DNA of 64,000 nt from Hormiphora californensis (Eukaryota > Animalia > Ctenophora). The stretch spans positions 2,356,001 to 2,420,000 of the forward strand of contig CM035354.1 of assembly GCA_020137815.1 (NCBI GenBank). Reading direction: 5' to 3'. The notes beneath the pieces are model-generated. The model was not told the origin of the DNA and searched no databases. It saw only the letters and a list, made by a program, of their open reading frames with translations. A program made the translations under genes and the position numbers. Shown here piece after piece: positions 33,821 through 46,400 of this stretch (positions within the stretch are counted from its first letter, which is position 1; each line of letters starts with the position of its first letter).

Positions 33821-36800
33821 TTATCTCACTGGCTTGTATCATCATCATCATCTCACATTTGTTGCCAAGGATCATGTGCCAAAGGAAAGCTTACACATCT
33901 CAACCTGTTATTACCCCCACCCCCGAGTTATTATCTCATTTCTCTCTTGTTATTCCTACAGACGTCTTCACAGGCCGCCCTCACCTGAGTCACCTGCGTC
34001 CTGATGGAACTTTGCTGTATAATCTTAGTGGATTTGAACTACCAATAGTAGATGTAAAGTCTCGTATTGGATGCTCTGCCCTTTTGGTCCTATCTCATTA
34101 GAAATCGTCCATTAATCCATTTCCGTATAATGTTTGTTCAGTGTTCTATTAATAGCCCACAAACCTTGTTTCTTGACTAACTAAGTCGTTGAGTCGCCTG
34201 ACACTGAGCAATTCATTAAATTCGTTACCACTATTTTCTACTAACAATAGACAATGGAAGAAGATGGTGGATTTGATTGGGGCTACGTTGATTATGTGTC
34301 TCTCTGTCCCACACAGGTACCACTTCCTCTTTAGATAATCACATCCTGTGGCTGTTGGCTGAAAGCCGACTGTTCCAATTTTAGACATTTTAGCCGGGTA
34401 GAGAGAGAGAAATGTGCTTTTATGTGTGTCGCAGTATTCTGAGTAATTTGGTGATTTCCCATTGCATTGCCCAGTGTGTGTTGCAGTAGAACGCATCTAT
34501 CCCATGTGATGGTATGTTTTGCCGAGAAACATTCAGGAAAACTCAACATTCAGGAAAACACACTGTGTTGGGATTGTGCCAGAGAGACACACTCTCAGCA
34601 GAGTAGAGTGATGTAGCGCGCGGCTCTCCTAAATTTGTAGAAAGTAGCCCGCCGTCATCTCCATACCAACACAAAGTGTGGTCCGGATTCGAGCTGCCGG
34701 GGTTCTCGCTGTGAATCACAGAGGGACCCCCAGCCCGAATTTAATCACAGCCAGTGATAAGGAGTTTCCTGCTCAGTTCCATTACGGGTTACCTGCCCTG
34801 TCTAAAACCAGCCCCCCTCTCTTCCAAAGCGTGTTTACCCTTTCACTTTCCATACCCTTGTCCTATTATACTGTTTATGTCCGGTGTATATTATTGTCCC
34901 TCTCCCCCATACTAACCCCATCCTCTCCCTATCAGAAAGCCGAGGATACCCAGAGTGACATCGAGGTGATTAGCAACCCGTCCACCGTACACACAGACCA
35001 ACTTTTGATGGAGCGACCTGCTACCGGACCCCTGCTCTACTCCGAGATCCTAGCTGCGGAATCGGACATTGAATTCGTACCCGAACCGGACTCCCCCGAA
35101 CTAGAATATGATGACGAATATCTGGTAGATCAATTGCTACAAGATCAGCATCTCCAACAGGATCGGTTCCTTCAGGAATCAAGTAGCTCTACAGAGGCCA
35201 CTGAAACCAGGGAGGAAGATGAAGAAGAGGAGGAGGAGGAGGAAAGTGACAGTGAGACTGCTATCCCTGACTTTATTCCCTACCCTATGACAGAGGAGGA
35301 CTGCGAGAGGGAGTGCAGTGAAGTTGTTCTAGAGGTCAATCTCACTCTCCTTTCCTTCACTCTTATTGTCGGTGTCTCTGGTATGTCTGGCTTCCTGTTG
35401 GGAGGGATCTACTCTGCAGTTCTAACTAACAACATACAACACGAAACAGCCCTTACAGCTTACCCTGGACTTCTACCGGTCAGTACTTTCTGTTATTATA
35501 TTATTTAAATTCTACCACAATTTAGGTAGTGTAAGGTTTAAACACAGTTGTCGTATGATCTGTGATACGAGAAGGCTTAGCGTCCAATTGGTACCACTCC
35601 TTAGCGTGTAGATCTCCGGATGTGTGATGCCATCAATTACATACAGAGAGAGGGGGTTACAGGTGGGCATAATGGCCGGCTAGGATACCGGTATGCCCAC
35701 CACCACTATGCCGCAATATACCTGATTTGGTTGGTGGGCATAACGGTCGGCTAGGGTACCCTTCTACTGACTGTTTGCCCACCACTGGTGGGCATACCGG
35801 CAGGAGGCATAACGCCGGGCCACCTTATATTTTGCCTAGCTAGACTCTGTTTACAAATGTAAAGGAGGGTTAGAACATAACTATATCGTTCTGTTTCACA
35901 ATCTCAATGTGTAGCTTTGTGAATGTCACAGTTAGAGAGAGAGAATTTTAAATGTCACTGTGTCTGTGCATGTAGCTTGCTTAATTAGAAAATGTGATCA
36001 TATGTTAATGTGTAACAATGCATGTAATTTTTTCCCTGCCCGGGTGAATGCCGAAGGCATTCACCCGGATGCCTTTTTACTTTGTAAAAAGGCATAGCAG
36101 GGTTAGAATTCGAAAACGACATTTTGGTATACTAACTAATCGGTAGAGGGACATTTTTTGGTCACACTTTCGTTGCGAGGGCAACGGTGTAGCAACTAGA
36201 GCCGCGCGCACAGTGACGAGCTACTCCTTCATCAAACACCTCATTGACACAGTTTGATGGACGTGTGTGTGCGTGCCACTCAACAAAACATGAAATGCTC
36301 TGCCGCGCGTTTCGTGTGTTACATACACATTTTCATCTTGCGAGTCGAGTGTGAGATGTTAGATAAGTAGTTAAGTTGGAATGTCAAAAGCTGGTTAGCA
36401 AGTGTCATGTGATTGGGAGTTAGCTAACTCTAAGCTATGTGAGAAGTATACTGACAGCTAGATCGTATGCATCTCACATTACATTATGACCAAGCCTTGA
36501 TCCTGTTGGCAGTGACAATGTCACTGACATGTGAAACGGTAGGGCAGGGAAACACAGCATTATGAATACATAATGCAATAATTTTTGTTCTTCAATTATC
36601 TAACATGCTCTCTCTCTCCCCACAGAGTTTCCTGTATAGCGAGGAGATTCCCGCTGCCACATGCCCAGCTCTGGACTCGTGTCAAAGCAAGGTCTACAGA
36701 GTGGAACAAAACATGAAGCACCTCAAGGACACCCTCTCCCAAGATGTAAATAACTGTCAGATGAAACTAAAGAATGTTTTCACCCAGAATGCCGCTCTAT

Positions 36801-38538
36801 ACCACACGAACAGTGCCACTGCTCAACACTGCAGTAAGGGCCGTGCAGAGATTGCCGAGCTTCAGGCAAAATCTGCTGCTCTCCTGTCTGAGATCGAGTC
36901 GCAGAATGTTGAAATGCAGCAACTCCGACACACCAGGGACACTGAGGCTGCCCAGACACTTCTACACATCGCATCTCTAGCCCAGAGTCTGGACAATACT
37001 AAAAGTGAGCTGGAGGAGGCCCGGAGAGCCGTCACTGTGTTGGACAACCTGAATAATGACTGTAGGAATGCCCAGTCCAGTGCTCTTGCAACCAGGGCTG
37101 TCAAAGAGGAGGGAAACTTCTGGAAGAATCTTTACAAGAATGCCATCATCGATCTTGAGGAGGCTGAGAGGAAGGTGGGAAGTCTAGAGAAGGCCCTCCG
37201 GTCTGAGATGAGGGAGCTGGAGAAGTCACAGGAGACTGTTCGTGACACCAAGACCAGCTACCTAAAGGAAAGGAATGCTAAGTCGTACTACAAGAACCTT
37301 TCTGAGAAATATTCCTCTATCGTGGTCGCTCTTGAGAAGAAATTAGGCGAGGTAAAGGGACGATCTCACAATCTGGGAGAGAAGATTGCCGCTCTACAGA
37401 AAGAAAACGAGGCTGTTGAGTTCAATCTACAGAGGTGTAGTAAGAGCTCTGCATTTGCTGAGGAGAAGTTGAGGGCTGCCATCAGTTCCAAGCAATACAT
37501 TGAGTCCCTGTTGATTAACAAGATCTCCCACAACCGTGAGGACTACCAGGTTCTGAAGAGGCTGTATTTCAACCAGGAACAAGCCCTCTCCGAGCTGGAG
37601 AGCCAGAAGAGTACCCTAGAGGAGACCCTAATCAGGAAGATTAATTCTAAGAAACAGAAAGCAGCCAGTGTGAGGGAAGAATTGGGAAGTAAGAAACTAG
37701 CTGTTGAGGAAGAGTTAGAGAAGAGCAGGGCCGAGATTGCCGCTCTAAATGAACAGATGCAGACAGTAGAACAGTATACCACCGAAATGGCGGCCAGGAT
37801 GACTAAAATGAAGGAGGAAGTTGTTATGAGGGATGCTATTCAGAGGGAATATATCGCCTCCAGGGAACGAGAATTGAGCAGGTGTGAGGCCAACACCACC
37901 AAGCAGACAGCTCTGACTGGTAAAGTGAGGGAGGTTGAGGGAAAGGTAGAGCACTGGAAACAAAGTGCCCGGTACAGCGAGCACCAGAATGTTGAATTGG
38001 CTGACAAACTGATTAGGTGTAGGAACAGCAAGGTTACCGCAGTTGAGGAATACAAGAAGACTAATATCATGCTCCTAGATCTTCTACAGGACATTTCAAC
38101 CAAGCCTCAGGTAACCAAGCACTGTGTTATTTGTTAGCCTTTCTCTCTGTTTCCTCTCCTTTTCTCTCCCTCCTTCTCTTTCTCTCTCTCATTCTCTCCC
38201 TCTTTCTCTCTCTCTCATTCTCTCCCTCTCTATCTAAAATTTTACCAAATCCTGTAGACCTGTAAACAGACAGACAGACCCAGTTACAGACTAGCTGTAT
38301 ATCAGAACCCCTTAACAGGCTATTAGAACTAGGTAAGCGCTACCCGAACCTATTCCTATTTCAGTGCCCCCAGAGAGACTCTCCTGTCATGCCAGTATTT
38401 GATAAGGTTCCTCGATCACTCACCTTCTCACCTCTCTTCAATAACACATCTACAGAGGTGGGGTGTTCATGAAACCCAGCAATACTCTGTGTGTGTGGTG
38501 CTAAATGCAATACTCATGTGTGGTGCCAGCCAAATACA

Positions 38539-38574
<36 letters not shown>

Positions 38575-39206
38575 TGCCAGCCAAATGTGTGATTGTGTGT
38601 GCCATGTTAGGGACATCTAATATGGAATGCTTGTATGTGTGTGTGACCATGTGAGTGCTACTGCCAGTCAAACAGCCATTGTATGTGACGTATAGCTAGC
38701 TGTGTAAACTCATTAAACCCCCTCACTTTGCTACAAATCACAGTGCCAAAATCACCATTCCCCTCGTTTTTAACACCGCCCTGTCCCACTAGGTACTGCG
38801 GGTAATGCAATCCACCAGTCGCAATGGAGGAAAGTTCTCTCTTCTCCAGCAGCTATATAACTCTTCCATGGACCTTGATTTGGAGCAGTGTTACCCTGCC
38901 ATGCGACCTCTATTCCCTAGTGTTGCTCAATCAACTCTATCTGGGGTTGTGAACATGACCCAGGGATCGGACAAATCGGCCTACAAGATGTCAGGAGCTC
39001 TAGAGAAATACTGGGGTGGGGTTGACAAGGTCTACACCAAGCTCTCTAGGAAGGTTAGGAAACCACAAGGGCCCCAGAGGGACATGGTAAAGGGTGAACA
39101 TAGCACTCTGCCAAGGAGGAGCGAGAAAAGGAAGGGGGATTTCGATTGTGACCGGTTTGATTGCAGCAGTGTCTACCATTTTGGGTATGAACTTTGCGGC
39201 TGCTAG
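32102..39206 (+). CDS. ~830-aa single-pass membrane coiled-coil protein with CCPG1/PBXIP1-like architecture. Exons 32102-32152, 34936-35478, 36626-38110, 38793-39206
   Basis: All three introns are phase 0 GT-AG and join in frame: MTDCGASNSSSGDWSIV|KAEDTQSDIEVISNP...AAESDIEFVPEP, acidic tract, TM LTLLSFTLIVGVSGMSGFLLGGIYSAVL, long coiled coil, Cys-containing tail, TAG. Confidence 0.75.
32933..33120. mobile_element. Short inverted-repeat element in an intron
   Basis: cataaactctgaccactggcacgttat ... ataacgcgccagtggccagagtttatg with internal GC-rich hairpins. Confidence 0.7.
33765..33822. repeat. (CT)n microsatellite
   Basis: Pure ct run. Confidence 0.9.
38540..38572. repeat. (GT)n microsatellite
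   Basis: Pure gt run. Confidence 0.9.
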
Positions 39207-39869
39207 ACAATGTCATGTACTCTCTTTTACACTTTAAAGTTCTTTTACCATACGTTACCAATTGTAAATAGATTTTATTTGATGAGACTGTGAGATTGTA
39301 AGTTTGTTAATATTTTTTGCCCAAAGCTGTTAATTCAATAATAACTTTTCCGTTTTTGTTTCGGAATATGATGCGTTTCTTTTGTCCCTAAAACAGTTAG
39401 AAATGTTCCCTGAAATGGTGCGGAAACCAAAAACCATCGTCCCCTTGTTGACAACCCGGCACTTGTCAGAGCTTCATGCTGCATCAGTTCCAGGACTCAA
39501 CTGGCTGATCTAGTGCGCGGTATGCGCGCCATAACGGGGGCCCTTTCATCACACTGATGGCACCGCGCCTTCCGCAATCTGGATGTAAACACTGTCAGAA
39601 TTCACAAAGTGGAGGGGCTGTGTGAGAGAGTTATCAAGAGTGGGAGGGTGAGGAGCATGGCATATTCTAAACATGTAAGAATTAAGATTGTAAGTTGCTA
39701 CGTATGCATAATTTAGAACTAATGGGGGTGAAGTGGCCTTGTTCAACCCTCGCACCCCGGTAAAGGAGGTAACGTGGGGGGGGGGGGTGGAGGAGTCAGG
39801 AGGGGGGGGTGGTGAACCTACGAAAGTTTTGTAACAAAGCAATGAGACTGTGACACCATAACCACGACC

Positions 39870-40050
39870 GGCAAATATTCATTTGCCCTAGATGTCGTCC
39901 AGACACCGTCCCGACTTGGTAACGAAGTTACCCCTCGCTTGCCGGCGCGCGAAGAGTGTGAGGTGTCTTCGATACCAAGTCCAGACGTCGTCCAGACGGT
40001 ACCCGTCTAGAAAGCATCTGGATGACGTCTGCGGCAAATGAATATTTGCC
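39870..40050. mobile_element. Short inverted-repeat element, intergenic
   Basis: ggcaaatattcatttgcc...gtcgtccaga pairs with tctggatgacgtc...ggcaaatgaatatttgcc; core related to 9051-9116. Confidence 0.65.
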
Positions 40051-40486
40051 ACCACGATCTACGTTGCCCAACCTTTCTCACTAACCTGAACCAACAGGTG
40101 GGCAGAGTTTATTCTTTAAATTAGGTCCCTGTGATGGAGAGGGGACTGGCATGCCCTAACCTATCCTCTTTAAAATTGGCTACATTGGATCTGCCTCCAA
40201 CAGACTCGATGAGAGTATTGGATGGAAATACAACTGAGAGATAATCGACAGTCGACTCGTCCCAAAATGAGAGACGTTCCCTATGATTATTTCTTTTACA
40301 TGTCAACAATCTGAATCTCCCCGAAAAACGAGGTAAAACGATGAGTATCGAGGTCTAACTAGTATGATCTGACTCAATAAAGCCCACACGCAAATTCGTG
40401 CACACTTGATACAGCACACTACATTTACGTTTAGCTGCCGATTTGTTTCACGCCCGATTAGACAGATTGTGTAGAGATTGATTGAA

Positions 40487-43400
40487 ATGATCAGGGTCCT
40501 GTTGTGGTCCCTGACCCTGTCCCTTCTTGTGTGTACCACTCTGTCAGCCACTAATGGTAAATTGTGCAAGGTTGCTCTGTCTGGCGGCACTGACCACATT
40601 TTGATTAGGTCGGTGCCGCCAGACAAAGATTGCTCAGATCATTTAATGCTAACATGAACGAATTGCATTAGTTAAAGCTGGCAACTCACTCTGGATCAGC
40701 TGTGTAGGGCTGACGGCAACTTACACTATTGTCATTGCAGGGTGGAACAATGTGGATACCAGCACCTATATTTCCTTCACCCCGGCCTCTGAGCAGCTCC
40801 AATTCAAGACTACCTCAACCGGGGTGATAGCGATAGAGTTTTCAGATACCGATGAGACATCCATTGGGACTCTGCAGATAACATTTAGTGACACAGAATT
40901 CGAGGCTACGCTAACACATTGCTACGATTCATCGTGAGTCAACCGATATACCCTTTGAAGCTTGAATTAGTGCACAGACTTCGTAAAATTAAAAAAGTGA
41001 AGAAAATCGTCAACCCTTCAAGTTTGAATCTCCTTCTTTTTAGGAGTCCAGCAAAGATAGACAGCAGTTTCCCCTATCCCAACTCTGATGTTTGGTGGGG
41101 TCTCAGTATTAACTCTACTGATCGACTAATAATCGATGTGAACGATAAAACGTCCTGGACCGGATCCTACTCAATTGATCTTAGTTTTGACTTCAACTGC
41201 TTTTCAAACTACACATTCAATATTTACTATGCTAGGTTCACGAGCAGTGACAATGTGACTGAGCGGTACAAAGTGGGATACGGTACGTTGTATTAAATCA
41301 TTAGTTGTTGTTCCATTCCTTACTTTGCTTGCAACTAATCAAGTTACTTGTTTTCAGAGTTCATGGTACCTCAGTTAAAGGTCAATAATGCAGCAGTAAC
41401 CCGAACTAGCAGTAGTCTGTATCAAACTGTCGATCAAGGGAGTGCTGTTGTTTTGAAATGTCTAGGAAACAACACGAAGCCTGAAATAGTTAGCTCGTGA
41501 GTAAGCATGTACCGCATACATTATACTTTAAATTTTCAGCTGTTGTTGTATGAAATCGTAATAACTGCATTATAAACTTATTCTTTTAGGAGTAAAGCTC
41601 TGTATGAACCGACGGTTTACATTACTAAAAACGGATACATCATCGAGACAAGTGTTTCCTGTACAACATACGGCTCATCGTCGACTTTTTACTTTACTGA
41701 ATGTCCATACACATTAGAGAATTTTCAGTTCTCTGATCAGGCTTACTACGGCTGTAATGTTACCAGTTCAATTCTTCGAAACTCTTATTACTATTACAAA
41801 ATGAATGAGGCTTCAACTACTGTGTTTCTACAAATTTCCCAAACCCAGAGTGCTACGTTCGGTGCAGATTCGTACACCATTCCGCTTGAAGGTTTGTATC
41901 AATTACAACGGCTTTTACGATTGAAAGTCACGCATATATCCGTTGTTACAACTTTCACTCTCAGGTGGTTTATACAGTGCCCCAGTAACACTGACCGGTA
42001 TTGGTAACAGTCCTGATATCAGTATTGCCCTACCTGCAGTCAACACATCCGAATACAGTGAGTAACTAACACTACGTGTGTCGTGCACGTCATGCCATCA
42101 AAGCTGTACATGAGCCATAAACTGGATCCTAAAAGAAGTTGTATTTGTTTTACTCTTCACGTTTAATCAATAATCCGTTCTCCCTCTTTCAGCGATAGCA
42201 CTGCAGAACATTGCCCCCAATTCCACTGTTAGTGGTTCAGATACAGATAAAGATCTAGTGATTGATAATGACGTCTACGGGCTGCAGTACGTAACACAAA
42301 CAACTTTGATTTCATGAATTGGTACATGGTTGGTTCTTCATTCATGTTCTGTAACCCCTCTCCTCCACTCAGTTCCTATACGGAGATATCCAGTAGCTAC
42401 CTCGTTACCAGTACCACCAACCCGACCATTACACTGACCTTCTCAGAACAGTTCTATGTAGAGTTTGTCCGGGTATGGAATGTCATGGACATCAACTACA
42501 AGGCCTACATAGACTGTACGTGGTTTAGTTATTTTGTACATGTTATATTGCGAGACATTGGAGGTTTACTAACGACAACTGGACCTTGTTCTAACTTCTA
42601 GTACTTCAGGTGCAACTCTATCGATTGGTGGAACTACAATTGGCACCATTAGCTACCAAGGCTCCACTCTGTACTACGAGTTTGATGTGTCTGGAAACTA
42701 CAGCAGTAGTGACACAGTCGAACTAGCTCTGTCTGGAACCACCAAATACCTCTATAGTGCTGAAATCCAAGTGTTCGGCTGTAAGTTACACACACACTTG
42801 ATACCACAATTGATGACTCTTGTGCAGCAATACTTGAACACTAATCAACTCACATTAAGAACTCTCAACAAAATCCTCTCAACATCTAAATTCCAGATTT
42901 GGGAGACGATGTTGATAAGGCATTGATGGATGATGGTTCACCCCGACTGGGCTGTAGTCGTCAAGATGATGGAACTACCTGGGATTGCACTTTTCGAGTT
43001 GACCCCATGAAGTTGTACTCAGGTACTACCAGATAATCACATGGAATTAGAGATAGGCGGAGATCCCAAAGTTCTAATCCCTCTCTCCCCCAGATTGTAC
43101 CTACGGAACAGGAACTGAGTACCGGGGGTACAGTAACAGTGTTGACGGTGTCTCCTGCCAAGACTGGTCCTCCTCCAGTCCAAACAGCCACTCCTACACC
43201 ACCTCCAACTACCCCAGTGCGGGGTTGACTGGCAACTATTGTCGAAATCCTGGTGACTGGTTTGGAGGTCCCTTCTGTGTAAATGGGGAGGCAACAAGTC
43301 CTGAAATACTCCGGTGTTATGATATTCCCATCTGCACACTTCCACAGGGAGGTACGTGGGGGAAGTGTCAAACTATTTTCTGTCAAAGTTAGCGAATCTT

Positions 43401-46400
43401 CAAACCCCACTGAATGTTTTTCTTCCTTTTCCAGACGCGAGTATGGGTGTAACCTACGGTTCTGAAGCCACAGTGACAATCATAGTGAACTCGGAAGTAA
43501 CTATTAATGTGTATTCTACTATATCAACAGGTTAGCCTGCAAATCATTCAGTAACAAACCCTGTGTGTGTGTCTAAATAAAGGATCAGGTGAAACCACTT
43601 AATTCCCATTCCTTTTAGCGGTACATGAAACCACTTTATTCCCTTTTAGCGGTGAACCCGTGGTTTGATGGAAAGGAAGGAATGTTTGAATATAATACAT
43701 CAGATTCTACCGATGTCACATTCAACATAACTAGTCCAATGAAGCGATCTCTAGTAAAGGTAACACGGGGGTGAAAACCTCGTTAGGACCAACAAGGGTA
43801 CAAGTAACTCTGCTAGTAACTAATAACTTAATGCTTTTAGATATACAAAGATGATACAGAGGTTTATGATAGCACCAGCCTCGATGAAACTGATCTAAAC
43901 TGGTCGATTAGAAGCAATGAAAGACAATGGTTATTCCTTTTGAACACAACACTAGGTAAAGAGTTTAACTAGCTAATTACCAGTTAATAAGTTGTGATAT
44001 ATCATCCTAATTACCTAGTGGGAGACACTAGCGTGGTACGTGCAAAAAAATGCGCGCCACATACCTAAAATAACAGGTATGTGGTGCGCATTTTTTTGCG
44101 CGTACCACGCTAGTGTCTCCTACTAACCCCCTACCCCAGATGCTGGAGATGCGTTTCGTTACACTGCCTCAGTCACAGCTACTGATTACTATGGAGTTGA
44201 AACAACCAAAACAGCCTACGTAGACATAATAGCAGGTAATTACGAGCAGATCATTATTATAAGGACACCATCTAAACTCTTTAACTGTTTTATAGTGTCA
44301 GCGGTAACGGTCGACTTCACGGCAAGTAAGACGAATAGTGAGGCAAGCAATGGCGGGGTGTTGGGCGCAACAGTGGTGTTAACCTGTTCCGCTACTGGAG
44401 GTGAGACATTAAACAGTTTCAGTTAATGAGTAAACACGCACAGACACATTACTTCCCGGTGATCCTACCCCCTCATAAGTTTCAGTTAACTTCCCTTACC
44501 ACACAGCTCTCCATTATCAAACTAATCAACACACAGCTCTCAAACTAAATCTGCATTCAGGACGAACACCCCACCATGTGGCTATAGGGAAAACAAACGG
44601 AGATCTACTTCAGAGGTTCTCCGATGGATTTGTTACAGTAGGCTGCAGCAAAGTGAATGCATCTACTGTCCAGTGCTTACACAAGATCACACCGCTAGGT
44701 AAGTAATGGAGCAATCAACAGTATACAAGGTGCTCAAACTCTTAGAGGCTGTTTACAATGGTAATTTATGATGATTTTTTAACACAATCATATCGGCAGA
44801 TTATGATGATATAGGCCAGTACTACTGTCAGGGTAAAAACAACGTTGCGGATGGAGAAGAACAATCCGCCCAAAAGTTTTACAACCTGAACGCAGAGGTC
44901 AACCACACAGTCTCATTTTCAACTGGGTATGTAAGGAAATCAGTTTCAAAAATTTAATCGGCGCTTCTCAAACATTTACATCAAAGTCAATACCTACTGA
45001 ATAAAACCGAATTAATGACCTTAAATCTAACGTCTTATAAATAGATCAAGTGTTCAAGCTACAGTGGGAGATGAGCCAATTACCGTTACCGTAACAATTG
45101 AAGGAAATCTCCTCCCGGAAAATATCACCATTTACCAAAACTTTGAAAACATGTAAGTTTAGCAATGCTTTCCTGCAAAAATAGTTCTTCAATGATGATA
45201 TTATTTTGCGTAGATACACTTGGGACAAGACAAAAAACGAAACTTGCACGGCCTCCGACTACTACCACATGACCTGTTCATGGGTACTGAACTTTGAAGA
45301 TACCACTGATGCTGGCACTTGGATTGTCTACACGTCACAGGAGCCCTTGGATCTGGTTCTTAGTTCATCTTATGAGCTGTTCAATCACGTTAGGGTGACT
45401 GTCTATGAAGAACCTACAGTTCAGTTGACTGGTAAGAATAAATGAAAACGATTTTCGATTGTATTTAACAGATTTAGAGTTTCACACGTATTTCCCCCAG
45501 GGGTTCAATGTCCAAGATGGTTTCCCTACGTCTTTTCAAACGGTAGCAAGTGCTGTCGCAACGGCCAGGAAGATACCAGTTGTGGTGGCGGTTGGTTGAC
45601 CTATTCCAGTAGTTGCTGTCTTGATAGCGACCAAGTCGATTGTTCAGGAGATACTTGTCTGAGTTACTATGAAGGTAAGACACTTCTTCTTGGATCATTC
45701 AAAACTGATGTACCTAACTTCAGAACTAACCATTTTCATCTCCATACTCAGATACTGGTCTGGTGGAGCTCAGTTATGGAAACGACTACACTTTCACCTG
45801 CACAGCTCAAACAGCTCCCCACTCCATGGTGCTCAAACGGACCACCCCACAAGATGAAATGATCGTCTTTTACAACTCCACAGCAGATTGGTCAGCAATT
45901 GACTCTTCCACCATCACCATCGATAACAGTGAAGACGAGTTCCTGGAGATCAGTATTGATAAAGACACCGAACAAGTTGAAATGTACTTCTCTACCAGCA
46001 CCTCAGGGACTGCCTTCCTCAAGTTGATTGACCTTTCTTCCTCACCTTCCATCGCCATGCCAAGTGGATGCAGCGGGGCATCTTTCCAGTGGCCCAACCT
46101 TTTAACTTCAACGAATGGCACCCAAACTCTTGCCATTTACCTCTCTCAATCAGGAATCAGAGTTTATTGTAACGACACTCTTGTAGCAAGTCTCTTTTTC
46201 AAGGAACTCGGAAGTTCGTGTGAAACGACGTTTTCTTCTATAATCTCGAGTACTGGATCCTACCCTGTCACTTTTGATGACAGCGCTACTAGCTCAGGAG
46301 TTACTACCCGTGTCAACGCAGCCGTAAAAACTGCCCAAGCATCCATAACCGACGCAACCTTTGAACCGAGAGGAATTTACGAGTGTTTTTACTTTTCGGT

